The notes under the pieces are model-generated. The model was not told the DNA's origin. It searched no databases and worked only from the letters and a program-made list of their open reading frames with translations. Shown here piece by piece: positions 63,620 through 64,000 of a stretch of 64,000 nucleotides of DNA. Numbering within the stretch: position 1 is the stretch's first letter; every line of letters begins with the position of its first letter. The position numbers and the translations under genes are program-made. Source of the DNA: Heterodontus francisci (lineage: Eukaryota); the NCBI RefSeq assembly GCF_036365525.1, contig NW_027140442.1:4898001-4962000 (forward strand), written 5' to 3'.

Positions 63620-64000
63620 CCTTTATATCTCACACTTCATGTCTGTCTCTCACTTTCTGCCACTCCCTTTATCAGTCCCGCAATCCCATCTCTTTCTCTG
63701 TCATTCCTTGCCTGTCTCTCACACTCATTCTCCCTACTCCGTGTCTCCCCTTCTCACGCCTGGTCCCGCTCTGTCTCGTTCCCTCACTCCTGTCACTCTT
63801 TTTGTCTTTCACTCTCTCTCTGTCTCACTCTCTCTCACATTCCACCACCTCTAACTCCCTGTTTACCTACATTTCTCTACACACCCTCTCTCCCTGTCTC
63901 TCATTCAAAAACCCTGTCTCTCTCTCCTATTCCCAGTCACTATCTCACTCCATGTCCCCATCTACCTCAGTCCCTGTCTGTCTCACTCTCTAGCCCAGTC
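63620..64000. repeat. CT-rich low-complexity tract
   Basis: Degenerate (CT)n/(TCAC)n sequence running to the window end. Confidence 0.8.

Overview
This is eukaryotic, repeat-dominated DNA, most likely from a shark or other elasmobranch, judged from HE1-like tRNA SINEs sharing tails with CR1 LINEs and from the GPR139-like receptor family. Two head-to-head, two-exon class A GPCR loci are present. One is apparently intact (minus strand, exons 16792-16726 and 11781-10871, 325 aa). The other is a pseudogene (plus strand, 43935-44157 and 54006-55157) with a tandem-repeat N-terminus, two stops, a frameshift and an insertion. The rest is nested mobile DNA: a near full-length young CR1, many decayed CR1/L2-type LINEs, five SINEs, two Harbinger remnants, a retroviral pol remnant, putative solo LTRs and at least eight minisatellite arrays. 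There is also a Penelope-like element whose 3' terminus carries a minimal hammerhead ribozyme motif. That terminus recurs as five short dispersed copies, two with clear target-site duplications, and one lies inside the dead receptor exon. All calls come from reading the sequence by eye; no searches were run, and boundaries of decayed repeats are approximate.
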